The position numbers were made by a program, and so were the translations under genes. The notes under the pieces are model-generated. The model was given only the letters and a program-made list of their open reading frames with translations, searched no databases and was not told the DNA's origin. Shown one piece after another: positions 41,402-55,293 of a stretch of 64,000 nt of DNA (position 1 is the stretch's first letter; the number at the start of each line of letters is the position of its first letter). The DNA is from Octopus bimaculoides (Eukaryota). The stretch spans positions 33,180,740-33,244,739 of the forward strand of contig NC_068983.1 of the NCBI RefSeq assembly GCF_001194135.2, written 5' to 3'.

Positions 41402-44400
41402 CTACAATGAGAAAACAGAAGCTATAATATGCAACACACACACACACACACACATGTTACACAATGTTATATGCACATGTATACTGTATACTTTCATATA
41501 TTGCAATATTTTATTTTGCTTACTATGAGAAATTTAAAATATAAATGAGGGTAAAACTAGGCTGCAGTATTATATTAGACTGTAAAAAAATATATAAATA
41601 CGACGAAAAAAAATATGGCAATGAAGATCTTGGAGACAGTAATCCTGCAACATCTAACTACTAATGTACACATCTCATTGCCTGTTGTAATAAAATACTG
41701 TATATCTAATGGCAATTGTTAATTGTCAGGATGTTGGTGGCATTTGTAGTAATACATTCTATTGAATAGAGTGATAATTAAATATAAATGATTTTAGTTT
41801 AAAATGTACAAGTTATTTAATGATGTATGAAAGTAGTGGTGAAAAAAAAAATCTTTTGTAGACATCCCTTAAAATAACAGCTATACTGCTTACAGCTTAA
41901 AATTTTATCTTTAAATCAAGAATTTGCTGAGAAAAACAAGGAAATTTGAAATAGTTGAGAGCAATATTAAGCCTATGGAAAAGAAGATAATGAAATGATA
42001 GAATGAGACTGATGAAAAGTTAAATAAAAAACGAATGTCAATAGTTATTTAGAGAATCATGATGAATTAGACTGTGATGGCTTTAAAGTGATAAACTCAA
42101 TTTTATGAATATCGACCTTTATTTTGGAAAGTGTGCTGCAGGATTTATTCAATAGCTTTTTGCACAAATGTTACTAACCAAAATCAGGAACCGTGCCAGT
42201 CTAAATGGCTGCATTTGAGTTTGTTGCTTTTTTTTTCTTTTTTCATTTTATATGATTCATGTTTTATTCTTTGCAGTAATATTTCTTTCTATTTTTGGCA
42301 GGTCACCAGTAATTTTGAGGGGTGGAGGGAAGTCATTTGGATCAATAGCAGTACATGGCAAGCACTTATTTTATCAACCCTTGAAAGGATGAACGGTAAA
42401 GTTGACACTGGCAGCATTTGAACTCAGAATGCGAAGAGGCAGGAGAAATGTTCCTAAACATTTTGTCTGCCTCAGTAACAATTTTACCAGCTTGCAGCTT
42501 TTCTTACAATAATTTCTGAAGTGGCTGAGTTCCTTTTGAGTGTTGGGTCTCACAGAGGTGAGGTAGCTGAGTTCCTTTAAGTGTTGGGCATTATGGAGGC
42601 AATGAAGGAAACATTTGGCATTATGTTGTGCTTGAAAAGAAGACCCACCAAACCGAGCAAAATCAGTAGTGGCAGATACCAGTGTCATGCAAATAACACC
42701 CATGCTAGTGGCATGTAAAACCATCCACTACACTCTCGGAGTGGTTGGCATTAGGAAGGGCATCCAGCTATAGAAAACCATGCCAAATCAGACTGGAGCC
42801 TGGTGCAGCCTTCCAGCATGCCAGCCCAGTCAAACTGTCTAACCCATGCCAGCATGGACAATAGATGTTAAATGATGTAAAAAAAAAAAAAATTCTGAAA
42901 GAACATGAATAACCATGATTGTACATGGTAAGGGAAAGGGTCAGCATTATATGAGAAATTAAAATATGTTACTAAATTTTAGCTATAAAAAGTGAGGGTC
43001 ACATTGTAAACATAAACAAGAGCATACTGTGCTGGAATAAGGACTTATTTTTTTAGTCTGGAGAAAAAAACAATTTTGACACATGACTGTTTACAGGACC
43101 TCCAAGACTGACGGGAGGGGTGGGAGAGAATAAAGTATTCTGAAACTGATGACCTGATTTGAATGCTAATAACAGAGTGAACTCCATAAAAGGTACCCAA
43201 AGTGCCAGGTGGTAGTGTTAAGAGACAATGTACTAAGTGTACTACCCAATTTGGTCTTAGCAGAATTTGAACTCAGAGTGTAAAGAGCTGAAACAAACAC
43301 CACAAGGCATTCAACATGACATTCTTATATCATCATCAGCAGCAGCAGTAGCAACAGCACCAGCTGCAATGGGTTGGATGGTTTGACAGGATCTGATGAG
43401 TCTGAGGACGGCATTGTGCTTGAGTGTCTGCTTTGGCTTGGTTTCTATAGATGGATGTTTTTTTCCAATGCTAACCACTTTACACTCGATACTGGGCACA
43501 TTTTTTCATGTCACTGGTGCTAGTGAGTTTGCCATACATTATGAAATCCGAGGGGTGGGGAATAGCTTTATGCTAGGAGAAGAGGGTTAAGGTTTTTGTT
43601 GCAGAGGATATACATGGCTATTCACATTTAGGGGAGAGAGTCAGAAGTGAATCAGTTGTAGCTGTGTAGAGATAAATAATGGTGATGAGGTGTCCAGGTG
43701 ATTCCTCAAGGTATGAAGTGAGCAGAAGTGAGTGAGGACAGAGAAACTACAAGTGTGAATGAGTGGGGTTTTGCAAGAGTGTATGGGGTGGGGAGAGATA
43801 GGGGAAGGGAGGTAAACAATAGCTGTATAGATTGGGTAGAGTTGAAAGATGAGTGCAAGGAGACATAGACACAGGGGTTGGGGATGGTCAATGGTGTATG
43901 AGTTGGGGAAAGTAGGGGGATGCTACAAGAGGGCAGGGCACTCTACCAAGTGCATTTTTTTTTATTCAACTCTGAAAGGATGAAAGACAAAGTCAACCTT
44001 AGCAGGATTTGAACTCAGAATGCAGATAACCAGGACAAATACCACAAAGCATTCTATCTGATGCTCCAATGACTCTGCCAATTCACTGCCTTTCATAATT
44101 TTTGACAAGAATCACACATTGCATGTATTGCTTAAAAAAACAAATGCCCTATCAATTACAACACAGGTAAACTGCAGTTTCCTTCACTCAAACTATGTGA
44201 ATTTTTATATGGCTGTGTGTGCATGTGTCTGTATGCATATGTGTTCTCTTTACTTTTTAATTCTTTCAATTCTTCCATCCAAAAAATGACTTGTTTTGAA
44301 CTAAGGGGAACAAAGCTACATTCTTAGAATTCATTCATCAAAAACTGTATAAATTAATGTTGAAAAGTTACTGGCCTTTAAATGCTAAGCTATTCCAGTG

Positions 44401-47400
44401 TTGAGTCTGTACCATAGACAGAGAATATAGATCCTTTGCTACTATGAAGAAAAATCCAGTTCAGCAGTTGGTATAGCTTTCAATCCTAAAATTCAGTGCT
44501 ACACCTTCCAGGATCATTATCATTATCATCATCATCATCATCCTTTTGTGTGTGTGTTTATGTGCAATACTTGTGTGCGCGTGTGTGTGCGTACGTGATA
44601 AAATACTTAACTCTGTTCAAGTTTTATCTTTTTTACTTTACATGTTTCCATATTTTCTTTATCAGATTTCTGCAGTTGACTTTTAATGGTTGACTTCCTA
44701 AATCCATATCCAATCTTTCTATAGGATCATGGTCACATCATAAATTAAATTGAATATATTTGGTGTTTGTGTTGTTGTTTCCTTTAAGACCTTCCTGCCA
44801 AAGGTTTGTTGGCATTATGCCTCAGTAGTCATTTATTGAGTCATATGTCATAGTAGTCAAATTTTGACTGCCAGGCTATTTTTTTGCATGTGACTATGTG
44901 AGTAGGCATGTATGTGTGTATTCATACATATGCACACAACCAGATTGAATGGTGCAGCCCAGGTGTCGAAACCATAATGATATCTGTCGGGCAGCTGATG
45001 ATGGAGGTATGTTGGATTGTTGGTATGGCTGTTTTTGTATATGTAGAATAGTATTATAACACATCCCTTTGATATATATGGTTTATATAACTTTTAAAAA
45101 AACAAAGTACTATACCAATTAGCCTATTCTCTATGCTGGCATGAGTTAGAGGGTTTGACAGGAGTTGACCAGACTCCATTTTGTTTGTTTGCTATGGTTT
45201 CTATGGCTGGATGCCCTTCCCAATGCCAACCACTTTACAATGTGTACTGGGTGCTTTTAATGTGACACTGGAACAGGTACTTTTACATGGTACAAGTACC
45301 CATGGACCAGCAAAACTAGGACCATTCAGCTAAGTGAGGGACATAGAGCACATGCCTGAATGTATGGGTGGCCATGATTTTGCTTAGTTTGACATGTCTT
45401 CTCAAGCACAGCAAACCACCAGAAGTTTCGGTCCCTTGTCAGCTCCTCTGTGAGGCCCAGAATAATGGGCTTCACATAATTATAATTAATTATGCAGTAC
45501 TTATACTACTGGCAAACAGTGACCAGCAAGTTCCACATGACACCTATGTACAACACGATGGGCAGGGTTGGAGATAGCTGGATGCTTGATCTTTTGGACT
45601 GTTAGTATAACACCCAATCAACCCGAGTATGCACATGTATGTGGTTCTATTAAGAGCACAGTAGGTACCAGATGTTTCAGTTTTTGGTCAATGAACTAGA
45701 ACTGAGTCACCTATGTTATCGTTAAAAACAACTACATCCATGATCCATTTGTTTAATAAAATATGGCAGAGAAGAAAATTAAAGGACAAAAGCAAAATGA
45801 AGCAAAACATAGATTTTCATCATTGATGCATCATAGTTATAAAAACAAGTTGTAGTTTTTATTTTATAACAGTTGATGCATCTCTCCCTTTATGTTTTAA
45901 ATTGCTTCCTTTATGCTGGTCTCCAGCTATTGCAGAGTGCACTGGCTCATGTGATAACGAAAAATTAATAAATAAATTACTAAGACAGAAAATTTTCCAA
46001 TCAGATTTCCATCATTGATGTGTCTAGTTATAAAAAGCAGGCACTCAAGTACAGCATTCCAGGAAATTTCTGAAATATTTCACTTCTGAATTTGATTGAT
46101 TATTTCAGGGAAGAAGCTTTTGAAAAATTTACTGTCAATATTCCCAATGCAATACTTACTCACCAGTTTTGTAAGTCAGAAATTTCTAAAATGGGAATCT
46201 ATACATTAACTTCCACCTCACCATTTACTAAACAAACGAATAGTTAATAAAACTCTATCTTTGTATTGTGTTCGAAATGAAATACTCAAAATAATGTAGT
46301 TACAGGCATGGCTGTATGCTTGAGAAAATTACTTTGCAACAGCATGGTTTCTGGTTCAATCCCACTGTGTGACACTTTGGGCATTTGCCTTCTATTGGAG
46401 CCCTGGGCTAACCAATTGACTAATGTCTTGTGAATGAATTTGGTAGATAGAAACTGAAATGAGACTGTTGCATACGTGCATGCATGTGTGTGTGTGTGTG
46501 TGTGAGAGAGAGTGTGTGTGTGTATGCATGTGTGTATGAATGCATGTATATGTGTATGTATGTATGTGTTTGCATGTACACTAATGTTGACATCATGTCA
46601 CTGTCAAAAACATTATGTTGTTTGTTTCTAGAGAAAACATGTCTGGTTATGGTAAATATTACATTGCATGGACAAAGGTGAGGCTTGATAACATGAAGAG
46701 TATCTGGTTGTGGACAATCTGCTTCAACAAATTCTGTCCAACACATGCAAGCATAGAAAAGTGGATGTTAAGTTATAATGATGATGAGGATGATGCCCTC
46801 TGCCATCCTCTTAAATTTCTCTCTCTCTCTCTCCTTTCTCTCTGTTAGTATGCTACCTTAAAACAATGTGTAATGAGGATCTATGCAGTAGTGGCTTCCA
46901 TAATCAGAGTTTCCACACACACACACACACACACACAATCATCATCATCATCAACATTTAACGTGTTGTCCATGCTGGCATGAGTTGGATGGTTTGACCA
47001 GGGCTGGTAAGCTGGGGAGCTGCACAGATTCCAGTCTGATTTGGCATGGTTTTCTATAGCTGGATGCCCTTCTTAACGCCAACCACTCTGAGAGTATAAT
47101 GGGTGCTTTTATATGCCACTGGCACTGGTGCCATTGGCATGGGTGCAAATTTCCGTGACACTGGTATCTGCCACAACTGTGATTTTGACAAGTCTTCTTC
47201 TCAAGCACAACATAATGACAAAGGTCTTGGTCATTGCCTCCATGAGGCCCAACACTTGAAAGGAACTCAACCATTTTGCCTCTGTGAGGCCTAACGCTCA
47301 AAAGGAACTCAGTCGTTTTGCCTACGTGAGGCCCAGCATTCAAGAGATGTTTTTATGTGCTACCAGCATAGGTGCACTTGACTTGATGGGTCCTCTCAAG

Positions 47401-47439
47401 CACAGCACATCACCAAAGCTCTTGGTTACTAGTCATTGT

Positions 47440-49150
47440 CTCCGTGAGGCTCTAAGTTTGAAGATCATGTTTCACCACCTCATTCCATGTCTTCCTGGGT
47501 CTACCTCTACCACAGTTAGAGATTGGCACTTCTTTACACAGCTGTCCTTGTCCATACACATCACATGACCATACCAATGCAGTTGTCTCTCTTGCACACC
47601 ACATCTGATTCCTCTTATGCCTAACTTTTCTCTCAAGATACTTACAGTCTGTTGAATATGCAAGCTGACATTGCACATCCAGCAAAACATACTGGATTCA
47701 TTTCTTTCAAGCCTAAGCCTGGCCTTGGCTGTCACAGCCTATGTTTCACTACCATGCAGCATAGCTGTTCACACACAGACATCAAACAATCTGCCTTTCA
47801 TGCTGAGGGTGAGGCCATTTGTTGCCAGCAGGGGTAGGAGCTCTCTGAACTTTGCCCAGCTTAATCTTATTCTCACAGCTACACTCTAGGAGCATCTAAC
47901 TTCACTACTAACCTGGTCACTGGAAGCTATCTACTACCTCTAGCTCGCCCCCCCCACCCTGGCAGTTGATGGAGTGTATTTTCTGTGCATTTTCAGTGTT
48001 TATTGAACCTGTGCACCTTCTACATACAAACGTTAGTTTTCCTGTTAACCTTCCTCTGATATTACTGCACCTTTTATGTGTCCAAAGCTTACACTGGGTG
48101 CATCTTATGGAGTTTCTACTTACACCATTTGTACAGATTGAGCAGGGTCATCTACCTGAAGTGATTTGTGATTTGTTTGCCTTCCTACTGACTGAGACTA
48201 TGGATTTTGCTAGGTTGGCTCTAAGGCCCTTTTATTCTAGATCTTGCTTCCATACCCAGAACTTCTTCTCTAGTTCAGGTATAAGAGCAAGGTCACCAGC
48301 ATAGAGAAGTTCCCAGAGGCAGCCTGTCTTGAATTTCTTTGTTATTGCCTGATGGACTATTATGAACAAGAGAGGGGTGAGTACTGGTCCTTGGTGAACC
48401 TCCTACATGTACCCTGAATTCTTCACTATACACATTGCCCACCTTCACCTTACTGGTAGCATCCCTGTACAAAGCTTAACAGCTCATCTATCTCTAGTTT
48501 CCACATTGACCACCAGGTAAGGGATCAAGGGACTGTCAAAAGCTTTCTCCAAGTCAACAAAAGCCAAATACAAAGGTTTATCTTTGGCTAGGTAATTCTT
48601 GTGCAGTTGCCTTACCAGAAATATAGCACCAGTGTTACTTCTACCAGGCACAAAACCAAGCTGCATCTCATCTAGACTAACTCTCTCCCTAATTAGTTGG
48701 GTTATGACTCTCGCCACAACTTTCATCACCTGATCCAACAATTTCATACTTCTGTAATTATTTCTATCTAAGTATCACTTTTACCTTTGTAGCAGTTGAC
48801 TATAGTGCTGCTTCACCAGTCATTAGGTATGACTCCTTCATGAACTGCTTGATTTACAATATGGGTGACTAAACCATAACCCACACTGCCAGATATTTTA
48901 AGCATCTCAGTAGTAATTCCTGATGGGCAGGGGGCTTTCGCTGTCTTCATATCCCTAATTGCATTATCTACCAGAGTACTGTCGATTCGGGTAGCTGGTC
49001 CCTCAAATGGGTCAACATTTGGCAGACTCTTCACCTCCCATTCATACTCCACATTCAGCAGTCTTTCATAATAGCATCTCCAAGTTTCTTTCTTTGCAGA
49101 CTCATTAAAAGCAAGAGCACCATCATCCATGCAGACACATTTCTCTCATT
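47440..49150 (-). mobile_element. RTE-clade LINE remnant, 5'-truncated
   Basis: YYERLLNVEYEW, KAPCPSGITTEMLK, MKLLDQVMKV, QLGFVPGRSNTGAIFLVRQL, LAFVDLEKAFD, LHWYGHV, RGRPRKTWNEVV. Confidence 0.9.
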
Positions 49151-49879
49151 GTGGACAAGAAATGGAAGAAGAAATGGCTAGCTTTGCCACTGGAAAACTG
49201 AAATAGCAGTGAAGGACAATAGTGAGGCAAAAATGATAGAAACACATGAGTATTTATAGGGGTATGATCCTAGAAGTTATTAGAAAAAGTAACGAGTTAC
49301 AGGTTACAAAGTTAATTTAACTCAAGAACATTAGTATGTAATATATGTTAAATGAATGAAAAAAGATGAACGATTAAAAACTAGAGAAGTTTCTTAGCTT
49401 AGCAGCTGGAAACACACACATATATATATATGACAATATATATACCTCTTAAAGGGATGTTAGCATCTAAATTCCCCAGTTTAATCCAGTGCATCAGTGA
49501 AATACTAAAATAATGTTAGCTTCTCATTGATGCAGATGGGTATATTATCATTTATGTAACAGAAAGGAAAATGGAGAAATCGACAGATACAGATAGACAT
49601 CAATTTATTAAAATAACTCCAATTTTAAACAACATTGATTTCTTATAATCTACAATTGCTTCTATATTCAATTAATTCAAATTACAAATAATTAAATTAT
49701 CGATGCATTTTGAATATAGTAAATTGAATATTTCATCAAGGTTAGAAATCTACATAAAAAGGAATCATATCCCAATGGATTGAAGGATCATTGGTAGACT
49801 TAGCATATCAACATACATTATGAGCGTGTGTGCATGTTAATTTTTTTTTTAAAAGAACGTTACTGTGTATATATGTGGA

Positions 49880-50183
49880 GGCGCAATGGCCCAGTGGTTA
49901 GGGCAGCGGACATAGGATCGCGGTTTCGATTCCCAGACCGGGCGTTGTGAGTGTTTATTGAGTGAAAACACCTAAAGCTCCACGAGGCTCCGGCAGGGGA
50001 TGGTGGCGAACCCTTCTGTACTCTTTCACCACAACTTTCTCTCACTCTTTCTTCCTGTTTCTGTTGTACCTGTATTTCAAAGGGCCAGCCTTGTCATACT
50101 GTGTCACGCTGAATATCCCCGAGAACTACATTAAGGGTACACGTGTCTGTGGAATGCTCAGCCACTTGCACGTTAATTTCACA
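49880..50183 (+). mobile_element. SINE family E (tRNA-like head lacking part of the anticodon arm)
   Basis: A box TGGCCCAGTGG and B box GGTTTCGATTCCC. The 3' end runs into a gap. Confidence 0.85.
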
Positions 50184-50829
50184 NNNNNNNNNNNNNNNNN
50201 NNNNNNNNNNNNNNNNNNNNNNNNNNNNNNNNNNNNNNNNNNNNNNNNNNNNNNNNNNNNNNNNNNNNNNNNNNNNNNNNNNNNNAGATATTTGTGTGTG
50301 TGTGTGTGTGTGTGTGCATGTTAATATATTTGGAAAACAAAAAAAAAACCCATTAGATTTGCATAAACAATACTTTCAGATATAGTTAGTGGTAATTAAA
50401 TCTATTTATTCTTAAATATTCATTATTATTGATGAGAGTATGAATGATAGTATAGCTTAATTAGTTAATTAAGAATTATTTTCCAAGTTATTTAGTCATA
50501 ACTGCTAATTTTAACAATTAATTACTAAATTTTTTAATTAATAGAGTTTATACTATTAATCATAGTTATTGTTTACTGTGTATCACATAACTATGATGGA
50601 TTTAATCTGCTTACTGCATTCAGTAGCTGTATTTTAATAATAAGAGAATACTAAAGGATAATATTTGAGGAATATATTAATACTTACAAAATTATATCTA
50701 TTAACTGATTAATATATACTTTATTTCATTCTAATATTAATTCTTATTTTAATTATAATTTTAATTTTTAAAAAAATGCTTACTTATATCTATTAGATAA
50801 TCAATTTATAATTTCAGTAACTTTTTAAT

Positions 50830-52150
50830 TCAAGTGAAATTTTTAAACACAAATTTGTTGGTGTGTACACAGGATAACCCTCCCTCACTCTTACTATTAA
50901 GAAGTTTATGTTTAGAAGTTAAAATTTGAAAAATTTCACCAATGCAAAGATCACAACAAATATTTCCAATTTCATAGGAATTGGCACGGCTTATGATTTC
51001 TCACTTTAGGTTACATATTTTATTTTTGTCCTTTAAGTCCCAAATAAATTTGCTTAGACTGGTATGAGGTGGTTTGTTTCTGTTTTTAAATGTGCATTCA
51101 TGGTTGGCTATTCACTTTTTAATATAATTTTTCCTGGATCCTATGTAAAAATAGTTTTTACCCTCAGATTTCACTTTACATCTATACACTACATTTTTTG
51201 CTTGCAACAATTTTTAAGCAAACAGTTATCTTTAATTTTGAAATCACAATATATATTTTTATCTTTCTTTTTATTTTTTTTATAGAATTGCATTCAGTAT
51301 TGTTATTGCTTACAGCATTAGTTTTTTGGTTAAGATGGGATAGAATGAGGGTTATTTCCCTTTGTACTTTAGAGGGTTTATTAGCACATTCATTATACTC
51401 AGAATCATTTATGGTATCCTGTACTGTAGCTGTACTAAAATTCGTTAACTTTTTATTGTTAAGTGATGATATAATCTGGGAAACATTAGTTGAGACAGAA
51501 AATCCAATACAGAGTTTACTGGGTTAATCATAATACTTACTTTCCTTAGTAAAGTGTTTTGAAAATAGTTTATAAAGAGATTTAACCAAGTTACTTTTAA
51601 TTTGGTTATTGAATGGAATAATTAACCATATAAGATTGTGCTTATTAGAGGTTCCAATACAATTATCCAATTGCGAATCAATTTTACTTATATATAGGGT
51701 ATGTCATTTAATTTCATTTTTATTTTCATGAATATCATTAGATGAATGAAGCAATAAATTGGTCTTCATATGTTGGATATCATTGTTATTTAATGTATAT
51801 TTATTTTCATTTTTACCCTTATTTCTATTCTTTCTAAACTTTAAAAAATTCCCGTTACTATCTGTTATTCCTATCACTGTAGTGTATACTTGGTGCATAA
51901 CCTCTGCGTATATCTTGCCCTACTGAGCGCTATGTTGTAATAGTTCATGTTTTTGTTGAAAAGTTTCTTGTCTGATGATAAATTTGAGATTCTTCTACAT
52001 ATATTGTAAGCCATAGAATTTGTGATAGATATAGGATGATTACTTCTGATATATGTTTAAGGTTGGTGTTAGGTTTATGGAATGTTTTATGGTTTCCAGT
52101 AACAAGGTTAAGGTTTACATCTAAGAACTTATGTTAATAAATAGATGTCT
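50830..52150 (-). mobile_element. Penelope-like element remnant (RT C-terminus + GIY-YIG)
   Basis: LNLVTGNHKTFHKPNTNLKHIS, NLIWLIIPFNNQIK, YFYIGS..IANHECTFKN..TSLSKFIWDLK. Confidence 0.75.
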
Positions 52151-52176
52151 ATTTATTGATTTTTCCATTTTCTTTT

Positions 52177-52213
<37 letters not shown>

Positions 52214-52595
52214 TATCCTCATCATCAATTAGAATCTGTTTTCCAAGCTGGTATGGGTTAGACAGTTTGAGTGAAACTAGCAAGTCAGAAAGCTGTACTA
52301 GGCTCCGGTCTTGTTTGGCTTGGTTTCTATGGCTGATTGCCCTTCCTTACACCAATCACACAAAGAGTGTAGTGTGTGCTTTTTACATGTCACCAGCAAA
52401 GGTGTTTTTCTTATATGCCACTAGCACTGGCCATGATATATATATTTATATATAAATATATATATATAAAACAATCCCTGTATGTGTTGTTGGTTGAATT
52501 GGTTATATTCTTCCTCCTCTACCTTCAAATTAATTACCTTTTGATAATGTAAAACAGAAAACAGGAAGCTTAACAAGAGATACACCATTACATAC

Positions 52596-52654
52596 CATTA
52601 TTACATCCAGATTCCAGTATAGGATCTGGTTGTATAAACTTGAAATTCTGAATC
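52596..52654 (-). CDS. WDR93: WDR93-like exon 2 of 7 (59 nt, phase 2->1)
   Basis: Acceptor tttcttattttctag, donor ATG|gtatgt. Encodes (R)IQNFKFIQPDPILESGCNN(A). Phases join exons 1 and 3 in frame. Confidence 0.7.
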
Positions 52655-52801
52655 CTAGAAAATAAGAAATCAGAAAATGGAAATTAATAATGGCAGAATT
52701 GCAATAAATATATTGGTTTCAAATTTTGGCACAATGCCAGCAATTTCAGGGGATGGGATAAGTCAGTTACATTGATCCCAGTGCTCAACTGATATTTATT
52801 T

Positions 52802-53135
52802 CAGTTCTATATTTAAGAGATGAGGAATTATGTACATTATTTACATTCGACGGATATTTGTCCTCATCGTAACCACTACGTCATATGCCCGTGGGCATAT
52901 GGCATAGTGGTTAAGAGAGCGGGCTACTAACCCCAAGATTCCAAGTTCAATTCCAAGCAGTGACCTGAAAAATAATAATAATAATAACAACATCGAAGAA
53001 TACCTTAGGAATGAGAACCCAGGTTCGAAATTTCCCCCAAGACACCTGAAGAAAATGGAGTGTATATCAGCCGAAACGTGTTAACAACAAACAATATGAG
53101 GACAAATATCCGTCGAATGTAAATAATGTAAATAA
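52802..53135 (+). mobile_element. Family F element (inverted tail + inverted head stub + full head/linker/tail) with a 12-bp TSD, nested in a family A SINE
   Basis: TGATATTTATTT at 52790-52801 and 53136-53147. A box TGGCATAGTGG, B box AAGTTCAATTCC. Confidence 0.85.
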
Positions 53136-54214
53136 TGATATTTATTTTATTGACAATCCGAGAAGATGAACGGCAAAGTAGACTTCAGCAGAATTTGAAC
53201 TCTGAATGTAAAGACAGAAGAAGTGCTGTTAGGCATTTTGCCCAGCATGCTAATGCTTCTGTCAGCTTGCTGCCTTAACTATTTAAGTTTAACTCAGATG
53301 TGATCCAGACTTATGTAAGCCAGGTACTCCATTATGACCATCCCATCTTTCTCACAAGTGCAGTGCAACAAGGACTACACTACTAATGTGTATTTCTTTT
53401 TTATTTCTATTACAATGGGGTGTGAACTGAGAAATATTTGACTTCTATATCAACAAGGATCTTATCTTGCAAGCTACTTGGTTATCTCACTTGTACTAAA
53501 AAGCCCCTAATGCACTCTGTGTAGCGGTTAGCATTAAGAAGGGCATCCAGCCATAGAAACCTTGTCAAAACAGACATTGGTGCTTGATGCAGTTCAATGA
53601 CCAATCAGATCCTGTGAAACTTACCACAATATGACAGTATGGAATATGGATGCTAAATGATGATGATGACAATTTACCACATTGAATGACCACATGGAGG
53701 CTCCCTTTTTGGCACAACCTATATATTTATGAATTTGCATGGTTTACATGATTTATTTACCCACTTCAATCATTAGATTGTGGCAATGCTGGAGCAATGC
53801 CTTCAAGAATCTTAGCTCATCATATTGGCTTTGGCTCTTATTCTAATCATAAAATTATTTTTTGTGAGTGGATTTGGTAGACAGAAACAGAAACAAGCAG
53901 CAAGCTGGCAGAATCGTTAGCACGCCGGGCAAAACGTTTAGCGGTATTTCGTCTGCTGCTACATTCGGAGTTCAAATTCTGCCGAGGTCGACTTTGCCTT
54001 TCATTCTTTTGGGGTTGATTAAATAAGTACCAGTCATGCACTGGGGTCGATATAATTGAATTAATCTGTTTGTCTGTCCTTGTTTGTCTCCTCTGTGTGT
54101 AGCCCCTTCTGGGCAGTAAATAATAAGAAATAGGAAACTGAAACAAACCCACCGTATATGTGTGTATATGCATGTTGTACATATGTATTGCTGACTTAAC
54201 AATGGGCTGCTAGA

Positions 54215-54830
54215 AGCACAAATATGCAAATTAAGCCATCTGGTTGCTTGCAATACTAACTTCAGGAAACCTGCCAGTCACCTAGTCACCTACCATTCTG
54301 GCAGACACACTAGCCAAATTCACTACATCCTCACCAGAAAAGGGAAAGATGGCTGCTTATAAATGCCAAAACCTTCCCAGGCGAAGAACGTACCCCTCAA
54401 CATAGACTAGTAGTTAGTTAGCGACTTCAGGATTGGGGTTAAATGGATGCCTGGTAGATGACCAGCATGGAGGAGAAGGGTCTGGAAGCTTAAAGATCCT
54501 ACAAATGGACAGAGATTTAGAGACATATTACTCGAAGCCTTTGACAAAATTGAAGGGGATAAAGCTTCACACAATATGGAAGACAACAGGAGCTTTCTAT
54601 GGGACAACATACTGAGGGCTGCTGACCAGATCTGTGGATAGTGCAAAGTCCCCTTTCAACCCAAAATAACATGGTGGTGGAACAATGTTGTTGACAGGGC
54701 TATTTGAAAAAACAAACAGGCTTGGAAAGACTAGAAGAATGGTGGTATCAAGGAATTGTATCAGACTGCCAGAAGGGAAGCTAGGAGACAGGTTTATTTA
54801 GCCAGAGGGGAAGCAGATTAGAAAAAATTC
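54215..54830 (+). mobile_element. RTE LINE remnant
   Basis: CNTNFRKPASHLVTYHSG, WWNNVVDRAI, RREARRQVYLARGEA. Confidence 0.8.
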
Positions 54831-54974
54831 AATTTCAATTTAAATATGTGCTAATTAATAGCCTAAGATAAACATGGTAGATGTTAAAATACCACATTAT
54901 TTAAGTTTGTTACTTTTTAAAATATTTAAAAGTGCGAGTAGAACAGTGTACACACAAAACTCTANNNNNNNNNN

Positions 54975-55018
<44 letters not shown>

Positions 55019-55089
55019 ACATGCACACACAGACACAGACACACACACACACAAACTCTCGCACACATGCATGCACACACACACACACA

Positions 55090-55293
55090 TACACACACAC
55101 AAACATACACATTCATACAAGGTATGATTAAAGGGGAGTTCCAGAAATTGCTTCCATTAATGGAAATGATGGTGGATAAATTGTATGGTTTCTGAAGGGG
55201 ACTACTTTGAAGGAGATTAAATGCTGAATTGAAACACATTGTAGTTTTCTTGTTATAGCAACAGTCTCGATGCTTTTTGATTAGACATCATCT
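55090..55293 (+). mobile_element. mariner 3' end
   Basis: Translates to WINCMVSEGDYFEGD*, followed by a TIR-like end at the edge of the gap. Confidence 0.65.

Noticed and set aside
44955-45010. GAAAC...CTGATGA as a type II hammerhead
   Set aside because: Stems II and III cannot be paired.
46155-46190. 22-nt micro-exon candidate (ttttag|...ACTG|gtgagt)
   Set aside because: Its phase 0 start is incompatible with the exon chain, and there is no similarity support.
49140-49215. Minus-strand acceptor-like site before the RTE (FSSGKASHFFFHFL) as a WDR93 exon
   Set aside because: No usable donor, and the 52654-52596 exon already joins its neighbours in phase.
49880-49945. tRNA gene (also 52893-52960 and other SINE heads)
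   Set aside because: No complete cloverleaf or acceptor stem, and the heads continue into repeat bodies.
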